This document shows, piece after piece, positions 1-7,972 of a stretch of DNA of 64,000 bases (the first letter of the stretch is position 1; every line of letters begins with the position of its first letter). Position numbers and translations under genes: made by a program. The stretch is from an uncultured Candidatus Poseidoniales archaeon. Its GTDB lineage: Archaea > Thermoplasmatota > Poseidoniia > Poseidoniales > Poseidoniaceae. The stretch covers positions 2,969 to 66,968 of the forward strand of contig CAXEMN010000004.1 in assembly GCA_963997415.1 (NCBI GenBank), given 5' to 3'. Under the pieces are notes generated by a model, which saw only the letters and a list, made by a program, of their open reading frames with translations, did not search any database and was not told the DNA's origin.

Positions 1-246
1 ACGCTCAGCATCAACTCCACTTCTGGAGTAAGTGTGATTCGGGATGCTTTGCTCGCTGCAGAATCTTTTTCTTCACCGGAGGAAGAAATTGAAATCACCT
101 GCCACTACAATGGCGCACCAGAATACAGAATTGAGCTGAAGGCACCAGATTTCAAAACTGCTGAAGCACTATGGGAGCAAGCAACATCGGCAACAGTGAC
201 CCACGTCATCGATGCTGGTGGCGAAGCCGATGCCCACCGTGAGTGA
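1..246 (+). CDS. eif2a: translation initiation factor aIF-2 alpha subunit, C-terminal fragment (gene starts upstream of window)
   Basis: Frame-1 reading frame open from nt 1 to stop at 246. Sequence resembles the aIF2-alpha C-terminal domain (ITCHYNGAPEYRIELKAPDFKTAEAL). It lies immediately upstream of Nop10, as in the conserved archaeal gene order. Confidence 0.5.
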   Translation, partial: TLSINSTSGVSVIRDALLAAESFSSPEEEIEITCHYNGAPEYRIELKAPDFKTAEALWEQATSATVTHVIDAGGEADAHRE

Positions 247-264
247 ACAAACTGAGGTGGAAAT

Positions 265-507
265 ATGGCAAGGCAAATCCTTCAACAATGCCTTTCATGC
301 AAAGCATGGTCATTGGCAACCACGTGCCCAGCATGTGGAAAAACTGCTCAGGCAGCGGCCCCTTTGAAGTGGTCTCCCGAAGATAACCGGGCTCAAATTC
401 GGAGGAAAATGTATGCTGTTGAGTCAAAAGAATGGGTCGAAGGCTTACCAACACTGCCTTCATTACAAGAGATGAAAGACGCCCATACTCCGTCCGAAGA
501 AGAGTGA
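265..507 (+). CDS. nop10: H/ACA ribonucleoprotein subunit Nop10 (zinc-ribbon)
   Basis: N-terminus CLSCKAWSLATTCPACGKTAQAAAPLKWSPEDNRAQIRRK matches the Nop10 CxxC...CPxCG...SPED motif. Position right after aIF2-alpha is typical. Confidence 0.55.
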   Translation: MARQILQQCLSCKAWSLATTCPACGKTAQAAAPLKWSPEDNRAQIRRKMYAVESKEWVEGLPTLPSLQEMKDAHTPSEEE

Positions 508-653
508 TGCTCGCTCAAAACCAAAGTGTGCCAAAAACGGTCCTGTGGGCACATCTCAACATCAAACATTATAGCGCGGCGCGATTCGTTCGAATGTTTA
601 TGGGATTGCACATTGAATGGAGAAAGCAGCCCAACACACTTGGCGATCATCGC

Positions 654-1355
654 ATGATGTTGTTCGCCCTACCTGGCGTTGGTAATGTGGGGAAATCAGC
701 CCTAGAAGGGCTGACTCAAGTCAATGAGTGCACAGAATTGGTGCGGCTGCATCACACCGCCTTACCACCTCTCGCTATGCTTGACGAGGACGGGCTTTTG
801 ACACCACCTCACCTCTCGCTATGCTCTATAGAGTCATCGACTGGAGTTCGCATCCTCACACTCACAGGCACTTCGCAACCTTTGGAGCCTGAGCATCAAG
901 GAAGTTTAGCTCAAGCGCTCATGGCATGGTTATCCGAACAAGGCGTCTCTGAATTGTATGTCCTTGCGGGATTGATGGACGCACCGACCCGTAAAGAGTG
1001 CTTCATTGTGCCTTCAAGCATCGAACATCGCATGGATTTGGAAGCAAAGGGTGTCGATGTACGAAGGGATGAACCAAAGTCTGGAGCCATTGGTTTGACG
1101 GCTTTGATGGCATCGATAGGCCCGCTTCACAGCGTTCAATCAGCCTGTGCCATTGCAACAACTGTTGGTTCCAGCGGAGATGTATTCGCCTCACAAAGGC
1201 TCCTCGAAGCACTTGATGGCTGGTTTGATCTTGGTATCGCCCTCCCGGCCGATGCTCAAGCCATGCTTTCTGAGAAACTAGCGGCACTCGCTCCTGATAC
1301 AAAGGAAGATTATGTCGCGGACCTGACTGAGTCGCCTGATGCATTTTACATGTAA
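654..1355 (+). CDS. PAC2-family (proteasome assembly chaperone 2-like) protein
   Basis: Start placed at MMLFALPGVGNVGKSALEGL, which matches the N-terminal GFPGVGxVG signature of archaeal PAC2-family proteins. The ORF frame is open from 432 but upstream residues look non-coding. Confidence 0.4.
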   Translation: MMLFALPGVGNVGKSALEGLTQVNECTELVRLHHTALPPLAMLDEDGLLTPPHLSLCSIESSTGVRILTLTGTSQPLEPEHQGSLAQALMAWLSEQGVSELYVLAGLMDAPTRKECFIVPSSIEHRMDLEAKGVDVRRDEPKSGAIGLTALMASIGPLHSVQSACAIATTVGSSGDVFASQRLLEALDGWFDLGIALPADAQAMLSEKLAALAPDTKEDYVADLTESPDAFYM

Positions 1356-1375
1356 ACAGCCCAAGCAGCCATCAA

Positions 1376-1458
1376 TTATCGATGGCGCCGAGAGAGAGAT
1401 TTGAACTCCCGTGTCCAAGGGACAGTGGATTTCGAATCCACCGCAATACCGGGCTATG
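1376..1458 (-). tRNA. tRNA-Ser (anticodon CGA); CCA encoded if extended to 1373
   Basis: Hand-folded reverse complement of 1376-1458. Acceptor stem GCCGAGA/TCTCGGC is 7 bp perfect. Anticodon stem GTGGA/TCCAC carries loop TTCGAAA, giving anticodon CGA. A long variable arm (TGTCC-CTT-GGACA) is typical of tRNA-Ser. T-arm is GGGAG-TTCAAAT-CTCTC, with discriminator G followed by CCA. Confidence 0.75.
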
Positions 1459-1522
1459 CGATCTCGGCCGCAAACTTGGGTTTAGCGCCACCGTCATAAG
1501 CATGGTGCTACACCAAACAGCC

Positions 1523-1723
1523 ATGCAGGTCCAGTTCACAGGCCGAGACCACAACCTCACCGTGGAGTGTAAGCAAGGTGCAAGCGTGAGGGATGCACTT
1601 GGAAAGGCAGGAATTCTTGCATCAACGGTCATTGTGAGCCATGAAGGCGTCGTCCTACCTCATGCGACAACACTCAACAGCGACATCACACTGCTCGTAA
1701 CCACGGTCTCATCCGGTGGTTGA
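1523..1723 (+). CDS. ThiS/MoaD/SAMP-like small ubiquitin-fold protein with C-terminal Gly-Gly
   Basis: 66-aa product MQVQFTGRDHNLTVECKQG...ITLLVTTVSSGG ends in GG immediately before the stop. Length and hydrophobic pattern fit a beta-grasp sulfur-carrier/SAMP. The upstream part of the 1382-1723 ORF overlaps the tRNA and is discarded. Confidence 0.45.
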   Translation: MQVQFTGRDHNLTVECKQGASVRDALGKAGILASTVIVSHEGVVLPHATTLNSDITLLVTTVSSGG

Positions 1724-1725
1724 TC

Positions 1726-3576
1726 TTAGCGGTCGACGCGTTCAGTGATCTGAATCTTTGAATTACGATTGATTTGTCCTTTGACATCGATGGCCCAAGC
1801 ATCGAGGCTTATATTGGCTGCAACGAGCGTATCCCCTATTTCTGCCAGATCGTATTGTGGGCCCCAATCCGCAGCCCAGCCTTCGACTTTCATTGAACCG
1901 TGAGCATCCATCAACATCATGCCCTTGCGATGCCATGACTTTCCATTTCTGCCAACACCTTTCTTTTCAAACCGATAGACGAGCCTTCCCGTGACGTTCC
2001 ATCTGGCTCTGAAATCCAACAAAGTGGCTTCGAGATGCTCATTCTTTCCGGCATAGACAACAATTGCATGCGGGTCGACTTTGAGTTGGAGTTCACCTTT
2101 GTAATTCGCTGAAGGTACAACGCCATCAAGCCGGACTCTATCCCCCTTTGCAAGATCCGTAGGCCATGCTGGTTGACCATCTTGATGTGTATCAACAAGC
2201 AGTTGCAAGGTAGCGAAATGGCCACCTTGCTCAATCTTTATCTTTGGGCGACGTCCATCGCCACCCCCGATAATACTGAACACTTCAGCGATCAGGGTCA
2301 TGCGTGGTTCGAGCTCTTGAATTGGCGTGAGATCGAACGTGGCTGAGGAACCTGGAAGACGTACTGATCCACCATCCGGAAGATGTTCAGGTCCATCGCC
2401 GCCCGGGCAAACAAGATTCCAATCACAACTTGAGCATCGCTTTTCCATCGGTGCTTCTGCTGGTACACCGCCTGAGGTGAAGCCCCTCATGGGCATTGGG
2501 TCAGGAGGGCAGTCCTCCATCGACGGTGTGGTCGCTTTGAGTTGCTTCCATAATGTTTCGAGATCAGATTCCATCACTTCCATTTCAGCGACGGTTGGAA
2601 CTTCGATTTCTTTGATGCTATTGGCGCCCAAGTACCAGATCTGTAATGCGTCAACTTGTTGTTCTCGATCGTGAGTGACCCACCACAACATGGCATACAT
2701 TCTGAGTTGCTCCACGTAATTTCCCGAGCGGTCCCCTGCACCTATACTGGCTTTGAGGTCAACGATGTTGATTCGCCCATCCCAACGATAGACTAGATCG
2801 TATTCACCCTGAAACCAATGTTCAGGATGAATGGCATTCATTGCGAATTTGCCTGCATGCGGGTCAACAAACCATGGACGGGTGATTTCCCAAGCCTCGA
2901 CCCACGCCAAAGGACCTTCTTGAGCGAGCGGGTGACGAAGGGACATCTCGTACCTTCGGCCGTCTGGAGCTGGCCATTCTGGACGGACCCCTTTTCTCCA
3001 TTGTTCAAGGTTGGGCCCCCCATTGGCATCATGACAACGTTGGACTTCTGCAAGATGCATCTCCAATCCTTTGAGGCACATATCCAAGCATCGTTCAGGG
3101 TCAACACTCGACCAATCCCCTGCTTTTCGCTCATCCTTTTCCCACTCTTCTTTCATAGCTTGCAGAGCTAATGGCAGGTGAACTTTGAGTCGATTTTGAG
3201 CCCAAGAGCGTAGCGCTTCAAGATCTGAAGGCCACATCTTCACGGGGAGTGCAAGAAGGCGATCGGCTGGCCATGGGCCTTCTGAGTTCCTGCTTGGCAC
3301 TCCATCTTCATCCAGAGGGATGTTCGAAAGCGTATCTGAGGAAGCTGTGTCAATCAACAAGGCAGGAGATTCCTGAAGCATCCTACAGAACGCTTCTTCA
3401 ACAGCCCTGCCGACAAAAAGCACTGGAATCTGAGGCATCTTGAACCGCAGAACTTTTTGATAAAACCAGAGCCTTGAACATGTCTTGTAGGCATTGACTT
3501 GGCTTGCACTCAAGCGGTTATATGGACCAACTGAATCCACATCTTTGACCGCAAGTCGAACAGGCATACACTGCAA
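1726..3576 (-). CDS. Cas4/RecB-family PD-(D/E)xK nuclease with Fe-S cysteine signature fused to C-terminal OB-fold-like domain (paralog 1)
   Basis: 616 aa. N-terminal LSASQVNAYKTCSRLWFYQKV is a Cas4/AddB-type S-x-S...C motif. Core motifs are GEYDLVYRWDG (D260), IVDLK (D273-x-K275) and QLRMY (QxxxY). C-terminal CSSCDWNLVC is CxxCx5C. The last ~220 aa are OB-like. No Walker A motif. Confidence 0.5.
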   Translation of the reverse strand: MQCMPVRLAVKDVDSVGPYNRLSASQVNAYKTCSRLWFYQKVLRFKMPQIPVLFVGRAVEEAFCRMLQESPALLIDTASSDTLSNIPLDEDGVPSRNSEGPWPADRLLALPVKMWPSDLEALRSWAQNRLKVHLPLALQAMKEEWEKDERKAGDWSSVDPERCLDMCLKGLEMHLAEVQRCHDANGGPNLEQWRKGVRPEWPAPDGRRYEMSLRHPLAQEGPLAWVEAWEITRPWFVDPHAGKFAMNAIHPEHWFQGEYDLVYRWDGRINIVDLKASIGAGDRSGNYVEQLRMYAMLWWVTHDREQQVDALQIWYLGANSIKEIEVPTVAEMEVMESDLETLWKQLKATTPSMEDCPPDPMPMRGFTSGGVPAEAPMEKRCSSCDWNLVCPGGDGPEHLPDGGSVRLPGSSATFDLTPIQELEPRMTLIAEVFSIIGGGDGRRPKIKIEQGGHFATLQLLVDTHQDGQPAWPTDLAKGDRVRLDGVVPSANYKGELQLKVDPHAIVVYAGKNEHLEATLLDFRARWNVTGRLVYRFEKKGVGRNGKSWHRKGMMLMDAHGSMKVEGWAADWGPQYDLAEIGDTLVAANISLDAWAIDVKGQINRNSKIQITERVDR

Positions 3577-3604
3577 TGTAAACCGACGCTTCTTAAAGTC
3601 TAAG

Positions 3605-5374
3605 TTAAGAATTGGAATCCTTGATGGTCAATCGGGTTTTTCGGTTGTCAATTCGTAGTTGAGGCAAACCTGCACGCCAACCGAGTTCCGCCGCCATGAG
3701 AGAGACCCGATCGCCCGGGCGAAGGCCTTCCATCTGCCCAGAGATGCTGGAGCCGAAGGCTGCGATTTCGACCACATGGGTGCCATCCCAAAGGTGCATA
3801 GCGAACATCGTCCATGGTTTTTCATCCAAACGGACCCCTGAGCGTTTTCGTAAACTAAGAACAATACCCTCAACATTTGCCCGTGTTCGAAGAAGCCCAA
3901 TCCTTGTTGTTTCCGATTTCAGTTCCCGTCCTGATTTCGAAAAATGCGCTTCAGCATCCGCAACGGTGAGGATCTCACTCTTCGAATCAAGGTACAAACG
4001 GGGGCTTCCCCTCCACACTCCCGGGAGCGCATTCAGGATGACAATCTCACCTTTTGGTCCATCATGCAGCGCAGAATACGAACCTGGTTCGCTCTCTTCG
4101 ACTGTTATTTGTGCCCCACCTGCAACCAGCATAGCGCCAAGCACCGGTTCTCCAAAGTGATTTGGCAATGGCCCCCAAGCACCGGTGAATGTACCATGGA
4201 CATGCACTCTGTTTGGGATTGATGAAAGAGGTTGGCTCGGTGAGGCGATCTCCATTGAACGGGTCGAGGTAATCGACGCCAACAATTCATCATTCACAAT
4301 CGAACCATCTTGATCAGTACCGAGGCTGCACCAGTGGCAACCTGCTGCTTCCCCAGAACACGCTTTACCGGGCGGTGCTGGAAGTGCGACTGGTCCAGAA
4401 CCCATGGACATCATGGATTTGTTAATCGAATAGAATTCTTCGGTCATGGTTTCAATTTCATGCTTCGTTGGTGGGTCATAGGTGAGGCGATGTGGTCCTG
4501 TAAGGTACCATCCTTCCAGACCATCGATGGTTTGACCAGAATGCGTTTCATGCCATAGCCAAGCATAAAATCGAAGTTGATGTTGAAGCGAGGCAGCAAA
4601 CCTCGATGTCGGGTCACCTGATTTGATATCAACCAGCCGTATGTTCCCATCCCAGCGCAACACCAAATCCAATTCCCCAGCAGCCCAGCCTTCTGGGTGG
4701 TAGAGGCGCTGTGGTTGATGAACACGTGGGTCTTTGATCCAAGGGCGCGCAATCTCCCAAGCCTCATGCCACGAGACCTCATCTCCAGGCTCATTCCAAA
4801 CCATAGGTTCGTCTTTCGCCCATGTGCGCATACCGAAGCTTCGCACTTTATCCGGCAGAGGGAAACGAGGCTCGTCGCCCCAAGCGGGTGAAGGGATCTC
4901 GAAAGGGCATTCGCCTCGACGATATTGCTCGATGTAGGGGCCTCCACCTTCGATCTTACATCGATTGACCTCTTCCATGAATAACGTCAAACCAGAGCGC
5001 AGTTTTTCTTCCATCGTCGAACGTTCGATTTCTTCCCAAACCCAATCTGAGGTTCGCCAAAGAGATTCTTCCCATGCCACCTTACCAATTTCTTGAGCAC
5101 GCTGAGCTGCAGCCGGTATTTTTTCTGCGATCCAATGGGTCAAATCAGTAAGTGAGTTTATACTTGCATCGGGCCTATGCATCAAAAGGCCACATAATTC
5201 ATCTTCGATAACGATACCAAGAATTTGCGAAGGCGTTGTGGGTCCAGAGAGCCCCAGTTTTGAACCTAAAAACCATTGTCGCTCACACCTCAAAAAGGTG
5301 GTCAAGCCGCTTGCTGAGATCCTTGAACGGGATCGGCCCAATGGGCCACCAAGCGGTGGAAGTCCAACTGGCAT
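3605..5374 (-). CDS. Cas4/RecB-family PD-(D/E)xK nuclease with Fe-S cysteine signature fused to two C-terminal OB-fold-like repeats (paralog 2)
   Basis: 589 aa, collinear with the neighbour. Motifs are ISASGLTTFLRCERQWFL, GELDLVLRWDG, LVDIK, QLRFY, and a CSGEAAGCHWC cysteine cluster. The C-terminal repeats (LWDGTHVVEIAAFG...GDRVSLMAAELGWRAG) resemble ssDNA-binding OB folds such as the RPA OB domains in this window. Confidence 0.5.
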   Translation of the reverse strand: MPVGLPPLGGPLGRSRSRISASGLTTFLRCERQWFLGSKLGLSGPTTPSQILGIVIEDELCGLLMHRPDASINSLTDLTHWIAEKIPAAAQRAQEIGKVAWEESLWRTSDWVWEEIERSTMEEKLRSGLTLFMEEVNRCKIEGGGPYIEQYRRGECPFEIPSPAWGDEPRFPLPDKVRSFGMRTWAKDEPMVWNEPGDEVSWHEAWEIARPWIKDPRVHQPQRLYHPEGWAAGELDLVLRWDGNIRLVDIKSGDPTSRFAASLQHQLRFYAWLWHETHSGQTIDGLEGWYLTGPHRLTYDPPTKHEIETMTEEFYSINKSMMSMGSGPVALPAPPGKACSGEAAGCHWCSLGTDQDGSIVNDELLASITSTRSMEIASPSQPLSSIPNRVHVHGTFTGAWGPLPNHFGEPVLGAMLVAGGAQITVEESEPGSYSALHDGPKGEIVILNALPGVWRGSPRLYLDSKSEILTVADAEAHFSKSGRELKSETTRIGLLRTRANVEGIVLSLRKRSGVRLDEKPWTMFAMHLWDGTHVVEIAAFGSSISGQMEGLRPGDRVSLMAAELGWRAGLPQLRIDNRKTRLTIKDSNS

Positions 5375-5387
5375 TCATTTCACCTCA

Positions 5388-7166
5388 TCAATGGTTGAAG
5401 GAGTAGAAATCACCTGATGTGCGTTGTTCTCGGTCCTTACGTGATTCTGATTTGTTGATTCGAGGGCGTTTGGAATCGTGGTCACGACGGAATGTGACAT
5501 TGACGCCTTCAAGGAAGCGATTCATACCCTCTTGCAACTTGAAGGGGCCTTCGGCTTTTCCATGACGGCCCCCTTCGCCTTCAAAGACCAGCAAAGAATC
5601 GCTTACAATATCGATGAAGTATACGTCGTGATCGATGACGAAAGCCGATTTCTCGTTGGCTTCCATCGTTCTACGAATGGCTTTTGCTGCTTCCATACGA
5701 GCGTTTGCATCCAAATGCGCTGAAGGTTCGTCAAGGAGGTAGAGGTCTGCTTCACGGCCAAGGCATATGGCAATTGAGACCGCTTGCCGTTCACCACCAG
5801 AGAGCTTCTTCACCCTCTTTGGTAGCAATTCGTCAACACCCAATGCACGAATCACGTTGACGTTGAATTCGCCGGTTCGCCATCGTGGCCCGATTTCACT
5901 GTCGAGCCACAATTGGACGCTTCCGTCGATGTCGACATCGATATGTTGTGGTTTGTAGGAAATTGAAGCATCCGAAGTTACCCAGCCCTCATCGTAATCG
6001 TGTTCACCTGCGAGCACTTTGATCATGGTGGATTTCCCAGTTCCGTTAGGACCGACAACGCCGACAACCTCGGAGCGATGGACTGCACCTTCACCGGTTT
6101 GGAGTGTGAAATCTCCAAGTTTTTTACCAAGGCCTCCCCAGGAGACGACTTGAGAACCAAGATCAGCGACTCGGTCGCTATGATTGAGGAACTTGATTGG
6201 CTTGTCTCGAATTCGGACATTTTGTTCTGGAAGGAATCCATCAAGGTAGGTGTTGATGGCTTGTCGAGTTGACCTAGCTGGTGTGAAAATTCCGAAAGCC
6301 CCTTTCTTACCATAGACGATGTGCACGAGGTCACAAAGCACGTCAAGAACAGCTAAATCGTGTTCAATGACGATGACGCGTTTGGTTTCTGAGAGGTGTT
6401 GAATGATTCGAACAATTCGCATGCGTTCATGGATGTCAAGGTACGAAGAGGGTTCGTCAAAGAAGTAGACATCAACATCACGGAGCAATGTGGCACAAAT
6501 GGCCATGCGTTGAAGTTCACCACCAGAGAGTTGTTGAATGGTTCGATCGAGCAAATGGTCAATGCCGAGTTTTTTGGTCATTTCATCAAACATCTTTCGT
6601 TCGTCGACCTTGGAAAGAAGTTCTCGAACGGTTCCCTTGACCCTTTTTGGAAGGCGGTCGACGTTCTGTGGTTTGAGAGCCACTTTGATTTTACCCGCTT
6701 TCACAGCAACAAAGAAATCCCTTAATTCACCTCGTGGTAAGGACTCAATCACCCCGTCCCAATCTGCTTCCTTGTCGAGCCAATCACCAAGGTTTGGGAT
6801 CATCCGCCCAGATAAGGCATTGATGGCAGTCGATTTCCCCATCCCGTTCGGACCGAGAATGCCGACCACGCTCTCTTTCGAAGGTGTAGGCAAGCGAAAC
6901 AGTCGAAATCCATTCATGGAATATCGGTGAATCATATCCGTCTCAAGTTCACTGGGCAACTGTTCGATGATCAATGCATCATGGGGGCATTTGTTGACGC
7001 AAATCCCGCAACCAATGCAGAGGCTTTCTGAGATATGTGGTTTACCGGTTTTGTCATCAAGGATGATGCACTCTTGTCCGTTTCGAACGGGTGGACAAAA
7101 GGCGTGACACTCGTCATTGCACTTCTTTGGTTGACAACTGTCTTCCTTCAGAACGGCTACTCTCAT
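5388..7166 (-). CDS. abcE1: ABCE1/RLI ribosome-recycling ATPase (4Fe-4S ferredoxin N-terminus plus twin ABC ATPase)
   Basis: 592 aa. N-terminal CxxCxxC ferredoxin motifs (CQPKKCNDEC..CIGCGICVNKCP). Two Walker A motifs (GPNGMGKST, GPNGTGKST) and ABC signatures LSGGELQR / LSGGERQ. Confidence 0.9.
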   Translation of the reverse strand: MRVAVLKEDSCQPKKCNDECHAFCPPVRNGQECIILDDKTGKPHISESLCIGCGICVNKCPHDALIIEQLPSELETDMIHRYSMNGFRLFRLPTPSKESVVGILGPNGMGKSTAINALSGRMIPNLGDWLDKEADWDGVIESLPRGELRDFFVAVKAGKIKVALKPQNVDRLPKRVKGTVRELLSKVDERKMFDEMTKKLGIDHLLDRTIQQLSGGELQRMAICATLLRDVDVYFFDEPSSYLDIHERMRIVRIIQHLSETKRVIVIEHDLAVLDVLCDLVHIVYGKKGAFGIFTPARSTRQAINTYLDGFLPEQNVRIRDKPIKFLNHSDRVADLGSQVVSWGGLGKKLGDFTLQTGEGAVHRSEVVGVVGPNGTGKSTMIKVLAGEHDYDEGWVTSDASISYKPQHIDVDIDGSVQLWLDSEIGPRWRTGEFNVNVIRALGVDELLPKRVKKLSGGERQAVSIAICLGREADLYLLDEPSAHLDANARMEAAKAIRRTMEANEKSAFVIDHDVYFIDIVSDSLLVFEGEGGRHGKAEGPFKLQEGMNRFLEGVNVTFRRDHDSKRPRINKSESRKDREQRTSGDFYSFNH

Positions 7167-7282
7167 TGTGTCACCTCCTTCTCCGTTATCTTGCTGTTAT
7201 TCGCTGGGACTTATGGAACTCGCGCCCAAACAACACAGTGCACGGGGATTCGCGCACGGATTGGGCTGAGCCCAACTTGTTC

Positions 7283-7822
7283 TCAAATGAGACCTTTCAG
7301 GTGTTCGTGTCCCTTGATGAGGCGCACGGTGCATGGCGTTGGGAACTTCATGCTTGCCTTGCGGAGTGCATCACGGGCTGTGAGGTAATATTCTGGGTGA
7401 ACTTGCAGTGAAATAACTCGTTGTCCTCGCTTTACACGAGCTGCTGTTCCGACGTTCTTTCCAAACGCACATCGCATACCTTGAGACACACGGTCTGCAC
7501 CTGCACCGGTTGCTTGCTTGTTTTCGCGGAGAACATGGTGAGGGAAGGTGTGAACTCGAAGAGCATAGCCTTGAGTTCCTGCGACCTTACGGATCGTGGA
7601 ATTCGAAATAACACGTGCTGCTTCCAAAGCAGTGTGACGAATTTGGACGTTGTTGTCAGCGCGCAATTCAAGGATGACAGGGAACTTTCCTGTCTCTGCA
7701 GCAACACGGTTTCCAACGTGGTACTGGTGGATTCTGTTGTTTGGGACACCACCGATGAACTTACGTCGAGTGTATGCAGGTCCCTTGAGTCGGCGATACA
7801 TAGATGCTGGTTTACGTGCCAT
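7283..7822 (-). CDS. rpl10e: 50S ribosomal protein L10e (uL16)
   Basis: Start trimmed to MARKPASMYRRLKGPAYTRRKFIGGVP, the canonical L10e N-terminus. The upstream ORF extension to 8077 is rejected. Confidence 0.85.
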   Translation of the reverse strand: MARKPASMYRRLKGPAYTRRKFIGGVPNNRIHQYHVGNRVAAETGKFPVILELRADNNVQIRHTALEAARVISNSTIRKVAGTQGYALRVHTFPHHVLRENKQATGAGADRVSQGMRCAFGKNVGTAARVKRGQRVISLQVHPEYYLTARDALRKASMKFPTPCTVRLIKGHEHLKGLI

Positions 7823-7972
7823 AATGAACTCTCCAAGCAACCCTGCGACCAATGGTTCCCTTATCATCCCTCCGCCTCGGCCACTGCGACCGAATATGCC
7901 CCGAATCAAAGTCAAAAGATACCTCGAACACCGACAAAAGCATTCATGTGCTCCGTTCATTTGTTTGCGAAC

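Noticed and set aside
1382-1522. 5' portion of the 113-aa ORF (1382-1723) as protein-coding
   Set aside because: This stretch is the antisense of a well-formed tRNA-Ser(CGA). Only the C-terminal 66 codons (ThiS-like, GG-terminated) are kept as a plausible gene.
7421-7972. 5' extension of the 611-aa ORF 7421-9256
   Set aside because: The first 184 codons are antisense to L10e and Cys-rich nonsense. The start was moved to ATG 7973, preceding the hydrophobic signal-anchor.
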